Shown here in pieces: positions 47,941-57,192 of a DNA stretch of 64,000 bases. Every line of letters starts with the position of its first letter. The stretch's first letter is position 1. Source of the stretch: Planctomycetia bacterium (GTDB lineage Bacteria > Planctomycetota > Planctomycetia > Pirellulales > JALHLM01); assembly GCA_034440135.1 (NCBI GenBank), contig JAWXBP010000249.1, positions 14,232 to 78,231 of the forward strand, in the 5' to 3' direction. The position numbers and the translations under genes were made by a program. The notes beneath the pieces were generated by a model that worked only from the letters and a program-made list of their open reading frames with translations, was not told where the DNA came from and did not search any database.

Positions 47941-50288
47941 ATTTCGATTCATCTTTCGCCTCCTCGTCTTCCTCCGCCTCCGGCTTGCCTTGGGCTTTTT
48001 GCATGTCGTTGCGTTTTTCTTTTTCTTTGAACAGCTTGAAACGCGATTTCACCGGGCGGGAGGGCCAGTAGTTATTCTCTTCGTCGGCATCGGCGGTTTC
48101 CAGATGCGGGTCCAGCGTGAGCGACTTGATCGATTTCTCCGTCCAGAACAGCTTCGTCACGCGCTGGTTATTGTGCCGCCAGATCTCGGCCGGAATGCGT
48201 AGCTCCTCTGTCGAACCATCCTCATAGTCGATGCGGAAAATCACCGGCATCACCACGCCGCCGACGTTTTTCAACTCGACGGCGTAGAAGTTCCGGCGGA
48301 TTTCCAGTAGTTCCTTCTCGTGCTTCTCCAGCGTTTCCATGTACTTCTGGAATTTCTCGCGATCGTCCGGCGTCACGTCCAGTTCGTCGAACGAGTTGTA
48401 AAAGTCCTTCAGCTCCGGGAACTCGTCGACTCGCTTTGGCAGCGGCTTGTTGCGTTCCTTGGCCTTGGTGACCGGTTCCTCGGCGCGGTCCTTTTTCAAG
48501 CGTTCGCCGTCAATCTCCGGGTTGGCGGTATCCATCTCGAACTGCCGGACCCGGCTGATGGCGATATCGACGTGATCGGTCGTGTAGAACCAGCCGCGCC
48601 AGAACCAATCCAGGTCCGTGCCCGAGGCGTCCTCCATGGTGCGGAACAGATCGGCCGGCATCGGCCGCTTGAAGCGCCAGCGGCGGGCGTACTCCTGGAA
48701 GGAATAGTCAAACAACTCGCGCCCCAGAATCGTCTCGCGAAGAATGTTGAGCGCCGTCGCTGGCTTGGCATAGGCGGCATTGCCGACCTGCAGCAGAGAA
48801 TCCGAGCCGGTCATGATTGGCACTTGTTCTCGGCTGAGCATGTAGCCGACGATGTCTTTAGGCTCGCCGCGCCGGGATGGATACTTCTCCTCCCATTCCC
48901 TGCTCCGAAAGATACTGCAGGAACGTGTTGATCCCTTCGTCCATCCACATCCATTCCCGTTCGTCATTGTTGACGATCATCGGAAAATAGTTGTGCCCCA
49001 CCTCGTGAATGATCACGGAGATCAGCCCGTACTTTGTCCGTTCGGAATACGTGCCGTCTTTCTCGGGGCGCGGGCCGTTGAAACAGATCATCGGGTATTC
49101 CATCCCGCCGACCGGGCCGTTAACAGAAATGGCGATCGGATACGGATACGGAAACGTGTACCGCGAATAGACATTCAGCGTGTGAATGATGGAATGCGTG
49201 GAATACTTGCTCCACAACGGCTCCCCTTCCTTGGGATAGAACGACATCGCCATCACGCGGTTGCCTTCCACGTCGTGCCCCTGCGCGTCCCAAATAAACT
49301 TCCGTGACGAAGCGAAGGCAAAGTCCCGCACGTTCTGCGCGTGATAGACCCAGGTTTTCTTGCCGGTCGGCGGATCCGCCTCGTTGGCTTTGGCTTCGTC
49401 CGGCGTGACGACAAACATCGGCGTCTTGGCCGCGTCCGCTTGCTTGAGCCGCTCGCGCTGCGCATCGGTGAGCACTTCCGCGGGGTTTTGCAGCACGCCA
49501 GTGGCCGGCGTCACGTGGTCGTTCGGCACGGTGATCCGCACCAGGTAATCGCCGAGTTCCAGCGTGAACTCGCCGGTGCCGAGATATTGCTTATGCTGCC
49601 AACCTGTCACGTCGGTGTAAGCACACATCCGCGGAAACCACTGGGCCATCTCGTAGATGTAGTTCTTGTCTTCCTCGAAGTATTCGTAGCCAGTGCGGCC
49701 GCCGATGTTCTTGGCGTCGTTGATCGCGTAGTCCCAGGCGACGTTAAATTTGACTGAACCCTGCGGCGCGAGCCCTGCCGGCAGGTCGACGCGCATCATC
49801 GTGCCGACAATTTTGTAGGCCAGCTTACCGCCGCGCTCGTCGCTGACCTCGGTGATGTTCACACCCCCTTTGAACTTCTCGCGGAGCATCAAGCGATACA
49901 GCGTCTCGAACGGAAAAGCATCGAAGTCCGGCGCCGTCTCCGTCGTTGCCGCGGCCGAGTTGGGATCGAAGATGTTCGGATCTAACTGCAACCAGAGATA
50001 GGTCAGCGTGTCGGGCGATTGATTGAAATACGTGATCGTCTCGCGACCAGTAAGATGCTGCTTCTCGTCGTCCAACTCGACGTCGATCACGTAGTCCGCG
50101 CGCTGCTGCCAGTATTCGCGTCCCGGGGCGCCGGAGGCCGTGCGGAAGCCATTCGGCGTCGGCAGCACTTCTTCCAACTGCCGGAAGGCGTCTTCCTGGC
50201 CATATTTGGGATTCGTGACTTGCGCCGCAGCGGTGGCCGCGAGCAAGAGCAGCGCCACGATGGTCAACGGAAAACGCCAATGATTCAT
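47939..50288 (-). pseudogene. M1-family (aminopeptidase N-like) zinc metallopeptidase, interrupted by a frameshift near 48898-48900
   Basis: The N-terminal ORF (48858..50288; signal MNHWRFPLTIVALLLLAATAAAQ) carries HEVGHNYF...WMDEGINTFLQYLSEQ. It continues as EWEEKYPSRRGEPKDIVGYM in the +1 frame (ORF 47939..48967). Confidence 0.8.
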
Positions 50289-50432
50289 GCTCGATCTCGC
50301 GAGAGCTAAGGAGGGAATTCGCTGGCTGAGATTCGCGGGCGGCGGGTTCAATTCCTTGTACAAACCATTTATAGTTGCCACGGTGCCGGACCGCCACCGC
50401 TTCCGGCCACACTCGCCGCTGAGAAAGTCTAC

Positions 50433-51755
50433 ATGCTAAAACTCGTCCCGTGGCTGGTTTTCGCGAGCTTAGTGGCTCTTTGTGCGCCCAAAGTTCGCGC
50501 CCAGAGCGAGCTGGACGCGGTTTATGCCGAGTTAGGTCCTTACACGGGACCGGCGGCGGCCGAGGCGATCGAGAATACGACGCTCACCGGCAAGGTCCTG
50601 GCGGGCTATCAAGGTTGGTTCACCGCGGAGGGGGACGGGGCCGGCTTGGGTTGGAAGCACTACGGCCGGCGCGGCGATTTTCGCCCCGGCAGGTGCAACA
50701 TCGACCTTTGGCCGGATGTCAGCGAACTGGATGACGACGAGAAAATCGACACGCCGTTCCAGCATGCCGATGGCGCGACGGCGCAGGTTTTTAGTTCCCA
50801 TCATCCCAAAACGGTGCTGCGGCATTTTCAATGGATGCGCGAGTATGGCATCGATGGCGTCTTCGTGCAGCGATTCGTCGTCGAAACCCGGGGCGCGGCC
50901 ACGTTGCGGCATTTCAACCAGGTGCTGACGAATTGCCGCGAAGGGGCGAACACGCACAGGCGCTGTTACGCGGTCATGTACGACCTCTCCGGCCTCCGCG
51001 AAGGGGAGATGGACCGCGCGATCGAGGATTGGAAACACCTCGTGGATCACATGCACCTGGGGCGCGACGAAGCGGATCGAGCTTATTTGCGGCACGGCGG
51101 ACGGCCGGTCGTCGCCGTGTGGGGCGTCGGCTTCAACGACGACCGGGCATATACGTTGGCGGATTGCCAGCGCTTCGTCGAGTTCCTCAAGGACGATCCG
51201 CAATACGGCGGCAACACGGTGATGGTCGGCGTGCCCACCGCGTGGAGAACGCTCGACCGCGATGCCGTCAACGATCCGGCGTTGCACGACCTCATCAAGA
51301 AAGCGGACATCGTCAGCCCCTGGACGGTAGGGCGCTATGATTCGCCGCGTGGCGCAGCGAGGCACGCCGCGGAATTGATCGCCCCGGACATCGCCTGGTG
51401 CCGCGAGCATGGCAAGGAATATCTGCCGGTCGCCTTCCCCGGTTTCAGTTGGAGCAACATGCGGCGCAACGCGCCGTTCGATCAGATTCCCAGACTGCGC
51501 GGAGAATTTCTTTGGAGCCAATTCGTCGGCGCGAAACGGGCCGGGGCGGACATGTTTTACATCGCCATGTTCGATGAATTGGACGAAGGCACCGCGATTT
51601 TCAAATGCACGAACAATCCGCCCGTCGGCGAAAGTCGTTTCGTCACCTGGGATGGCTTGCCAAGCGACCATTATCTGTGGCTGACCGGACGAGGCGGCGC
51701 AATGCTGCGCGGCGAAGTTCCCACCAGCGATGAACCGCCGCGCCGCGAGCAATGA
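50433..51755 (+). CDS. secreted putative glycoside hydrolase (TIM-barrel-like; family not assigned)
   Basis: Signal MLKLVPWLVFASLVALCAPKVRAQ. Blocks LAGYQGWF, DLWPDVSE, VSPWTVGRY, IAMFDELDEGTAIFKC recall uncharacterised GH-like families. I cannot name the family from sequence alone. Confidence 0.45.
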   Translation: MLKLVPWLVFASLVALCAPKVRAQSELDAVYAELGPYTGPAAAEAIENTTLTGKVLAGYQGWFTAEGDGAGLGWKHYGRRGDFRPGRCNIDLWPDVSELDDDEKIDTPFQHADGATAQVFSSHHPKTVLRHFQWMREYGIDGVFVQRFVVETRGAATLRHFNQVLTNCREGANTHRRCYAVMYDLSGLREGEMDRAIEDWKHLVDHMHLGRDEADRAYLRHGGRPVVAVWGVGFNDDRAYTLADCQRFVEFLKDDPQYGGNTVMVGVPTAWRTLDRDAVNDPALHDLIKKADIVSPWTVGRYDSPRGAARHAAELIAPDIAWCREHGKEYLPVAFPGFSWSNMRRNAPFDQIPRLRGEFLWSQFVGAKRAGADMFYIAMFDELDEGTAIFKCTNNPPVGESRFVTWDGLPSDHYLWLTGRGGAMLRGEVPTSDEPPRREQ

Positions 51756-51794
51756 CGTTCCCCCGAATTCACTTGGCTAAGAGCGAAACGCATC

Positions 51795-54173
51795 ATGAAA
51801 CGAATCCCCCGCTGTCGAACGACGGCGTTGACCTTCGCCATGCTAAACATGCTGGGAACCATGACGTTTGCGCAATCGCCGCAGCCCAACGTCACCGACT
51901 ATTCGGCCGAGATCAATGCTCTCAGCGCCGCCATCAAATACGAAGTCGACGCCAAGCAATTGCCGGCATTCTCGATCGCGCTCGTGGACGGCGATCACGT
52001 CGTCTGGTCCGCAGGCTTTGGGTTGCAGGACGCAGCCAAACAAGTTCCCGCCACCGCCGAGACGGTGTACCGAGTTGGATCTGTCTCTAAGCTATTCACC
52101 GATATCGCGGTGATGCGTATGGTCGAGGAAGGCAAGTTAAGTCTCGACGCGCCGGTCAGCGACTACCTGCCGAGCTTTCAACCCAAGAATCCGTTTAATA
52201 AGTCGATCACACTCCGGCAACTCATGTCGCATCGCGCAGGCTTGGTGCGAGAATCGCCGATCGGCAACTATTTCGACGCGACGAGTCCTTCGCTCGCTGA
52301 TACCGTGGCAAGTCTGAACGCGACCTCGCTCGTTTTGTCGCCGGAAACGAAGGTCAAGTATTCCAACGCGGGCGTGGCCGTCGTAGGCGAGGTGTTGGAA
52401 CAGCGCGCCGGGAAGCCGTTCGCGCCCTTCTTACGCGAAACATTGCTTCATCAACTGGACATGAAACAGAGTGATTTTGAATTGACGCCGGAAGTCGTCT
52501 CCCGCCTGGCCGATGCGGAGATGTGGACCTACGACGGGCGCCGCTTCCCCGCGCCGCGCTTCGCGCTGGGCACCGCGCCGGCCGGCAATCTTTACTCGAA
52601 CGTGCTGGATCTCTCGAAGTTCATCGTCTGCTTGCTGAACGAAGGCCGCGCCGGCGATGGGATGATCTTGAAGCCGGAAACGCTACGCGAGATGACGACG
52701 CCGATCTTGGACGCCAACGACAAGCCGCTGAAATTCGGGCTGGGGTTTCATGTTCACGAATTGGATGGCCACGTGAAGATCGGCCACGGCGGCGCGGTGT
52801 ATGGGTTTTCCACGCAAGTCGAAGTGCTGCCAGAGCAGAAGCTGGGCGTCGCGGCCGTTTCTTCGCTCGACGGCAGCAACGGCGTCGTTAGTCGCCTCGC
52901 GGACTTCGCGCTGCGGTTGATGCTGGCCAAGCAATCCGGCCAGGCAGCACCGACGTACCGCCGCACCGATGCGATTCCCCTCGCGCGCGCCCAGGAACTT
53001 GTTGGCAGCTACGAGAACGGCGACCGCACCGTTCGCGTGACGGAATTGGAGGGCAAAGTTCATTTGCAGCAGGGCGCATTTCGCCAGGAATCGCGCGCCG
53101 CCGTCGACAACGGCGCGATCGTGGTCGACGATTTCATCAGTTTTGGCGCCGAAGTGACATTGTCGCAGGACGGCGTGTTGCGAATCGCCGACGTGGACTA
53201 CACGCGCCTGCCCGATGAGCCGCCTGTCGAGATTCCTGCAGCGTGGAAGGGCCTGATCGGCGAGTACGGCGAAGATCACAACGTACTCTACGTCCTGGAG
53301 GATCGCGGGAAGTTGTGCGTTCTGATCGAGTGGTTCTACTACTATCCGCTCACAGAGGTCAACGAGAACGAATTCGCGTTTCCCGGCGATGGCCTCTATC
53401 ACGACGAGAAGCTCTACTTTACGCGCGACGTATCCGGCCGCGCGACGCAGGTCGTGGCCGCTGAGGTATTGTTCAAGCGCCGCGAAGTCGGCACGCGCGA
53501 CGGCGCGACCTTCCAGATCACGCCCGTTAAGCCAATCGATGAATTGCGCGCCGCCGCGCTGGCAGCCTTACCGCCGGAGGAGCAAGGCGAGTTTCGCGAC
53601 ACCGATCTCGTGGAATTGGTGGCGCTCGATCCCACGATCAAGCTCGATGTTCGCTATGCGACGACGAACAACTTCACCGGCGCGGTGTTCTATCAGCAGC
53701 CCAAGGCCTTCATGCAGCGGCCAGCGGCGGAGTCGGTCGTGCGCGTCCATCAGAAACTGAAGGAACGCGGGCTGGGCCTACTGATCCACGACGCGTATCG
53801 TCCGTGGCACGTCACGAAGATGTTCTGGGACGCCACACCAGCGGCGTTCAAGGACTTCGTCGCGAACCCGGCACTCGGTTCGCGCCACAATCGCGGTTGC
53901 GCGGTCGACCTCACGCTCTACGACCTGGCCACCGGCCAGCCGATTGAGATGGTAGGCGGCTACGACGAATTCTCACCGCGATCGTTTCCCGACTATGCCG
54001 GCGGCACGGAGCGTCAACGCTACTATCGCGATCTGCTGCGCGCAGCGATGGAGGCCGAAAACTTCCGCGTCTACGAATTCGAGTGGTGGCACTTCGACTA
54101 CCAGGACTGGCGGCAGTACCGCATCGGCAACGCGACGTTCGAGCAATTGAACGGCGTCCAGCAGCCCCGATAG
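51795..54173 (+). CDS. fusion protein: serine beta-lactamase/PBP-like hydrolase + D-alanyl-D-alanine dipeptidase (VanX/DdpX, M15D)
   Basis: Signal peptide. SxxK GSVSKLFT, Y-S-N, HGG box. C-terminal 200 aa or so: IKLDVRYATTNNFTG...HDAYRPW...GSRHNRGCAVDLTL...EWWHFDY (VanX Zn ligands). Confidence 0.8.
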   Translation: MKRIPRCRTTALTFAMLNMLGTMTFAQSPQPNVTDYSAEINALSAAIKYEVDAKQLPAFSIALVDGDHVVWSAGFGLQDAAKQVPATAETVYRVGSVSKLFTDIAVMRMVEEGKLSLDAPVSDYLPSFQPKNPFNKSITLRQLMSHRAGLVRESPIGNYFDATSPSLADTVASLNATSLVLSPETKVKYSNAGVAVVGEVLEQRAGKPFAPFLRETLLHQLDMKQSDFELTPEVVSRLADAEMWTYDGRRFPAPRFALGTAPAGNLYSNVLDLSKFIVCLLNEGRAGDGMILKPETLREMTTPILDANDKPLKFGLGFHVHELDGHVKIGHGGAVYGFSTQVEVLPEQKLGVAAVSSLDGSNGVVSRLADFALRLMLAKQSGQAAPTYRRTDAIPLARAQELVGSYENGDRTVRVTELEGKVHLQQGAFRQESRAAVDNGAIVVDDFISFGAEVTLSQDGVLRIADVDYTRLPDEPPVEIPAAWKGLIGEYGEDHNVLYVLEDRGKLCVLIEWFYYYPLTEVNENEFAFPGDGLYHDEKLYFTRDVSGRATQVVAAEVLFKRREVGTRDGATFQITPVKPIDELRAAALAALPPEEQGEFRDTDLVELVALDPTIKLDVRYATTNNFTGAVFYQQPKAFMQRPAAESVVRVHQKLKERGLGLLIHDAYRPWHVTKMFWDATPAAFKDFVANPALGSRHNRGCAVDLTLYDLATGQPIEMVGGYDEFSPRSFPDYAGGTERQRYYRDLLRAAMEAENFRVYEFEWWHFDYQDWRQYRIGNATFEQLNGVQQPR

Positions 54174-54359
54174 GGGCGTCAGACAATAGCCAGGGGTGGC
54201 AACCCCTGGAATCCATGAACATAAGTCAGAACGAGCCCCAGAGGGGCGACACGTTCGACTTTCTGCAACCCTGCAAAGAGTGTCGCCCCATGGGGGCTCA
54301 AGGTCGTCTTCGCTGGAATTCACCAGCGGTTCGCACCGCTGGCTATTGTCTGTCGCCCC
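54173..54359. repeat. 187-bp composite palindromic element (two inverted units of about 80 nt with internal hairpins)
   Basis: Termini ggggcgtcagacaatagccag and ctggctattgtctgtcgcccc (20/21 complementary). Internal hairpins at 54190-54209, 54235-54247, 54285-54297 and 54323-54342. Confidence 0.75.
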
Positions 54360-54403
54360 GGTGGGGCTGAAATCAGCATCTTTCCGCGTGAATTGGTCAA
54401 ACG

Positions 54404-55003
54404 TCAACCTTCTTCGCTTGCGTTTTCGGAGTGGCTGCCCGTCAGCTCGGCTTCCCAATCCTCGCGCGTGAGCCGGTACAGTACGTGCCGCCGAAGCGGA
54501 TGGCCTTCCGGGAGCGTGGGATGCTCAAAATCTTCCTCCGGAGCATGGCGCATGCCGATGTTCTCCATTACGCGACGCGAGCGTAGATTCAGCGGCACAG
54601 TGAACGACAGGATCTCCGGAAGGTTCAACACCTCGAATCCGAAGACCACGGCCACGCTGGCGGCTTCCGTGGCGTAGCCTTGCCCCCAATAGGCGCTGGC
54701 TAGCCGCCAACCGATTTCGATACACGGCGTGAACGCCGCTTCGAACCGGGGCCGGCTGAGACCTACGAAGCCGATGAACTTCGCTTCGTCGGGAATCTCG
54801 ACGGCCCAGTAGCCGAACCCATGCTGCTTGAAATGCGATTCAGCACGGTCGACCGCCGCGTCCGACTCGGCGCGCGTCGCTATCGCAGGCAAGAACTCCA
54901 TCACCCGCTCGTCGCCGCACATCGCCGCGAAGGCGTCGCGATCTTCTTTGCGCCACCGTCGCAACAGGAGTCGTTGCGTTCGCAACTCAACCGGCCGGTT
55001 CAT
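54404..55003 (-). CDS. GNAT family N-acetyltransferase (RimJ/RimL-like)
   Basis: The ATG at 55003 gives MNRPVELRTQRLLLRRWRKEDRDAF. IGWRLASAYWGQGYATEAA is the acetyl-CoA motif A region. Confidence 0.85.
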   Translation of the reverse strand: MNRPVELRTQRLLLRRWRKEDRDAFAAMCGDERVMEFLPAIATRAESDAAVDRAESHFKQHGFGYWAVEIPDEAKFIGFVGLSRPRFEAAFTPCIEIGWRLASAYWGQGYATEAASVAVVFGFEVLNLPEILSFTVPLNLRSRRVMENIGMRHAPEEDFEHPTLPEGHPLRRHVLYRLTREDWEAELTGSHSENASEEG

Positions 55004-55024
55004 CGTCGTCGACTCCGCTGGCCA

Positions 55025-55057
55025 ATGAAAAGAGGCGATCCGCATGCGGATCGCCTC
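55025..55057 (-). terminator. Rho-independent terminator downstream of the DUF1080 gene
   Basis: Palindrome gaggcgatccgc-at-gcggatcgcctc (55032-55057), followed on the minus strand by ttttcatt. Confidence 0.55.
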
Positions 55058-55087
55058 AATGTTTATATCAGGTCTTCGTGTTCGCGA

Positions 55088-55792
55088 TTACTTCTTGTCG
55101 ATCACACGGATCCGAATGTTGCGATAGGCCACGGGATCGCCGTGGTCTTGCAGTGCGATGTAGCCCTTCGTCGGCTTGCCGAACTTGGGCATGCTGCCGA
55201 ACTTGCTCTTGGCGACGCGCTCGTTCCAGTCGTCGCTGCCCTTGACGTACTCGCAGTACTTCACGCCGTTCATGTGCTGTTCGCACTTCTCCGGCGTGAT
55301 CAGCACGCGCAGCTCATTCCATTCGCCAGCCGGCTTCGTGGCGTCGGTGTCGGCGTCATAAAGTTGGTAAAGCCAGCCTGACTTTTGGGGATCGTGGCCG
55401 TCCTTGTTGTCTTGCACTTGAATTTCCGGACCGGTCATCCAGGGCGTGTCTTCGTCTTCGCTGACGTGATACATCAGGCCGCTGTTGCCGGCCTTGCCGA
55501 TCTTGTATTCGAGCACCAGTTCAAAGGCCTCGTACTCGTCGTCGGTGAGGATATCACCGGCGCCCTCGGCGGCCCGGGTCAATGCCCCGTCGACGACCTG
55601 CCAGCCCTCGCCGATTTTGTCTTGCTTGAAATTCCGCCAGCCATCGGTCGACTTGCCGTCGAACAACAACTTCCAGCCGTCAGAGGTTTCCTGGGAAGTC
55701 AACGCGTTCAAGGGCTGCTCGGCGCTCGCCGCGGACGTAAAGATGAGACAGGCGGCGACAAGCGAAAATCGGGCAATGGTGGAGAACTTCAT
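55088..55792 (-). CDS. DUF1080 (3-keto-disaccharide hydrolase-like) domain protein, secreted
   Basis: The ATG at 55792 gives signal MKFSTIARFSLVAACLIFTSAASA. DGWKLLFDGKSTDGWRNF...NSGLMY...IALQDHGDPVAYRNIRI. Confidence 0.85.
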   Translation of the reverse strand: MKFSTIARFSLVAACLIFTSAASAEQPLNALTSQETSDGWKLLFDGKSTDGWRNFKQDKIGEGWQVVDGALTRAAEGAGDILTDDEYEAFELVLEYKIGKAGNSGLMYHVSEDEDTPWMTGPEIQVQDNKDGHDPQKSGWLYQLYDADTDATKPAGEWNELRVLITPEKCEQHMNGVKYCEYVKGSDDWNERVAKSKFGSMPKFGKPTKGYIALQDHGDPVAYRNIRIRVIDKK

Positions 55793-55893
55793 GGTGGGCT
55801 CGCGGAAGAGAATGCATGGGTCGATCAACGCCCGCCCATTGTAGCTGTGCGGCGGCGTGTTTCCAACGAGTCGGCTTTGAAGATAGCGATGGC

Positions 55894-57099
55894 CTACGCT
55901 CCGTATTTCCCCATCCGCCCGGCGTTCGACAATGCCAGCGGCATCAGGTACTTCGCTTCGAACTGCCCCAATCCTCCGCGCAGTGCCTGGCTTTCGCCAA
56001 AGCCGGTGCAGCCGTCTGGGCGGCAGCAATTAGAGACCAGCAACGTCGGCACTGGGTGCCAACTGTGGCTCTTCAAGTAGCTGGGCGTGCTGTGATCGCC
56101 GGTGACGATCAGCACGGTTGGCCCCAGTGCGACGATGTCGGGAATTGCCGCGTCGAACTCTTCGATCCGCTTCACCTTAGCCGGGAAGTTGCCATCCTCG
56201 CCGGTGGAATCGGTGTATTTGAAATGCAGAAAGAAGAAATCGAAGTCGTTCCAATGTTGCTTAAGCACCGCCACTTGCTCCGTGAGCGTTTGAGCCTGAC
56301 CAGCGATCTGCATGCCCACCAGGCGGGCAAGTCCCTTGTACATGGGGTAGACCGCCACGGCCGCCGCGCGGAGGCCGTAAACTTCCTCGTAGGTCGGCAA
56401 CGCGGGGCGCGCCGCGAAGCCGCGCAGCGTCAGGCCATTGATCTTGGGTTCTGACTTGAGGATGGCGCCAGCCTGCTTGATGAATTCAGCGGCGATCTCC
56501 GCGGTCTTCTTGCTCGCGGCGTCGTCGCCGACCGGCGCGAGAGGCGCGACGCCGACCGCTTGCGGATCAGTATCCCGTACGCTGCCGCCCAGTCCTGGCG
56601 CGCGAAATACGACGACGAAGCGATGCTCCTTGACCGGCTCGACGAAGATCTCCACGCCCGGAATCTTGATCGCGCGCAACTTGAGGGCGATCGGGGCGCT
56701 CTCTTCGCTGGTCGGGCGACCGGCGCGGCGATCACTGATTTTGCCGGCCGCGTCGAGCGTGCAATAGTTGCCGCGCGCAGCCACGTCGTTTGGGCCCAGC
56801 TCGAAACCAATGCCGGTCGCTTCCAACGCGCCGCGGCCGATCACGTATAGCAATGGATCGTAGCCAAACAATCCCAGGTGCCCGGGCCCGCTGCCGGGCG
56901 TGATTCCGGGCTTCACCGGAATGCTCAGCCCACTGACGCCGCGCCGCGCCAAGGCGTCCAGATTCGGCGTCGCGGCGGTTTCCAACTCCGTCTTGCCGCC
57001 AGCTTCCAGGGGCAGCCCGCCCAAGCCGTCGGCCACGAGCATGACGATTTTCGAGTTGTTCGATTGCTTCAATTCACGCGTCAAATCGTGCATGTCCAT
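55894..57099 (-). CDS. apgM: cofactor-independent phosphoglycerate mutase, archaeal-type
   Basis: IVMLVADGLGGLP...TPNLDALA...ITPGSGPGHLGLFGYDP...TGDHSTPS. Confidence 0.85.
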   Translation of the reverse strand: MDMHDLTRELKQSNNSKIVMLVADGLGGLPLEAGGKTELETAATPNLDALARRGVSGLSIPVKPGITPGSGPGHLGLFGYDPLLYVIGRGALEATGIGFELGPNDVAARGNYCTLDAAGKISDRRAGRPTSEESAPIALKLRAIKIPGVEIFVEPVKEHRFVVVFRAPGLGGSVRDTDPQAVGVAPLAPVGDDAASKKTAEIAAEFIKQAGAILKSEPKINGLTLRGFAARPALPTYEEVYGLRAAAVAVYPMYKGLARLVGMQIAGQAQTLTEQVAVLKQHWNDFDFFFLHFKYTDSTGEDGNFPAKVKRIEEFDAAIPDIVALGPTVLIVTGDHSTPSYLKSHSWHPVPTLLVSNCCRPDGCTGFGESQALRGGLGQFEAKYLMPLALSNAGRMGKYGA

Positions 57100-57192
57100 C
57101 GCGGCGTCCTCGGCAAATGTCGGGCGAAATCCAGGCGCTTCGCCGTTGTTTTACCCGAACGTCGCGAGCACGCGAGGGGGAGCCGTGCGGAC

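Noticed and set aside
48858-48967. Overlap of the two M1 peptidase ORFs considered as programmed ribosomal frameshifting
   Set aside because: There is no slippery heptamer or downstream stimulatory structure. The shift maps to a simple G-run, and the enzyme family is not known to use recoding. A mutation or a sequencing error is more parsimonious.
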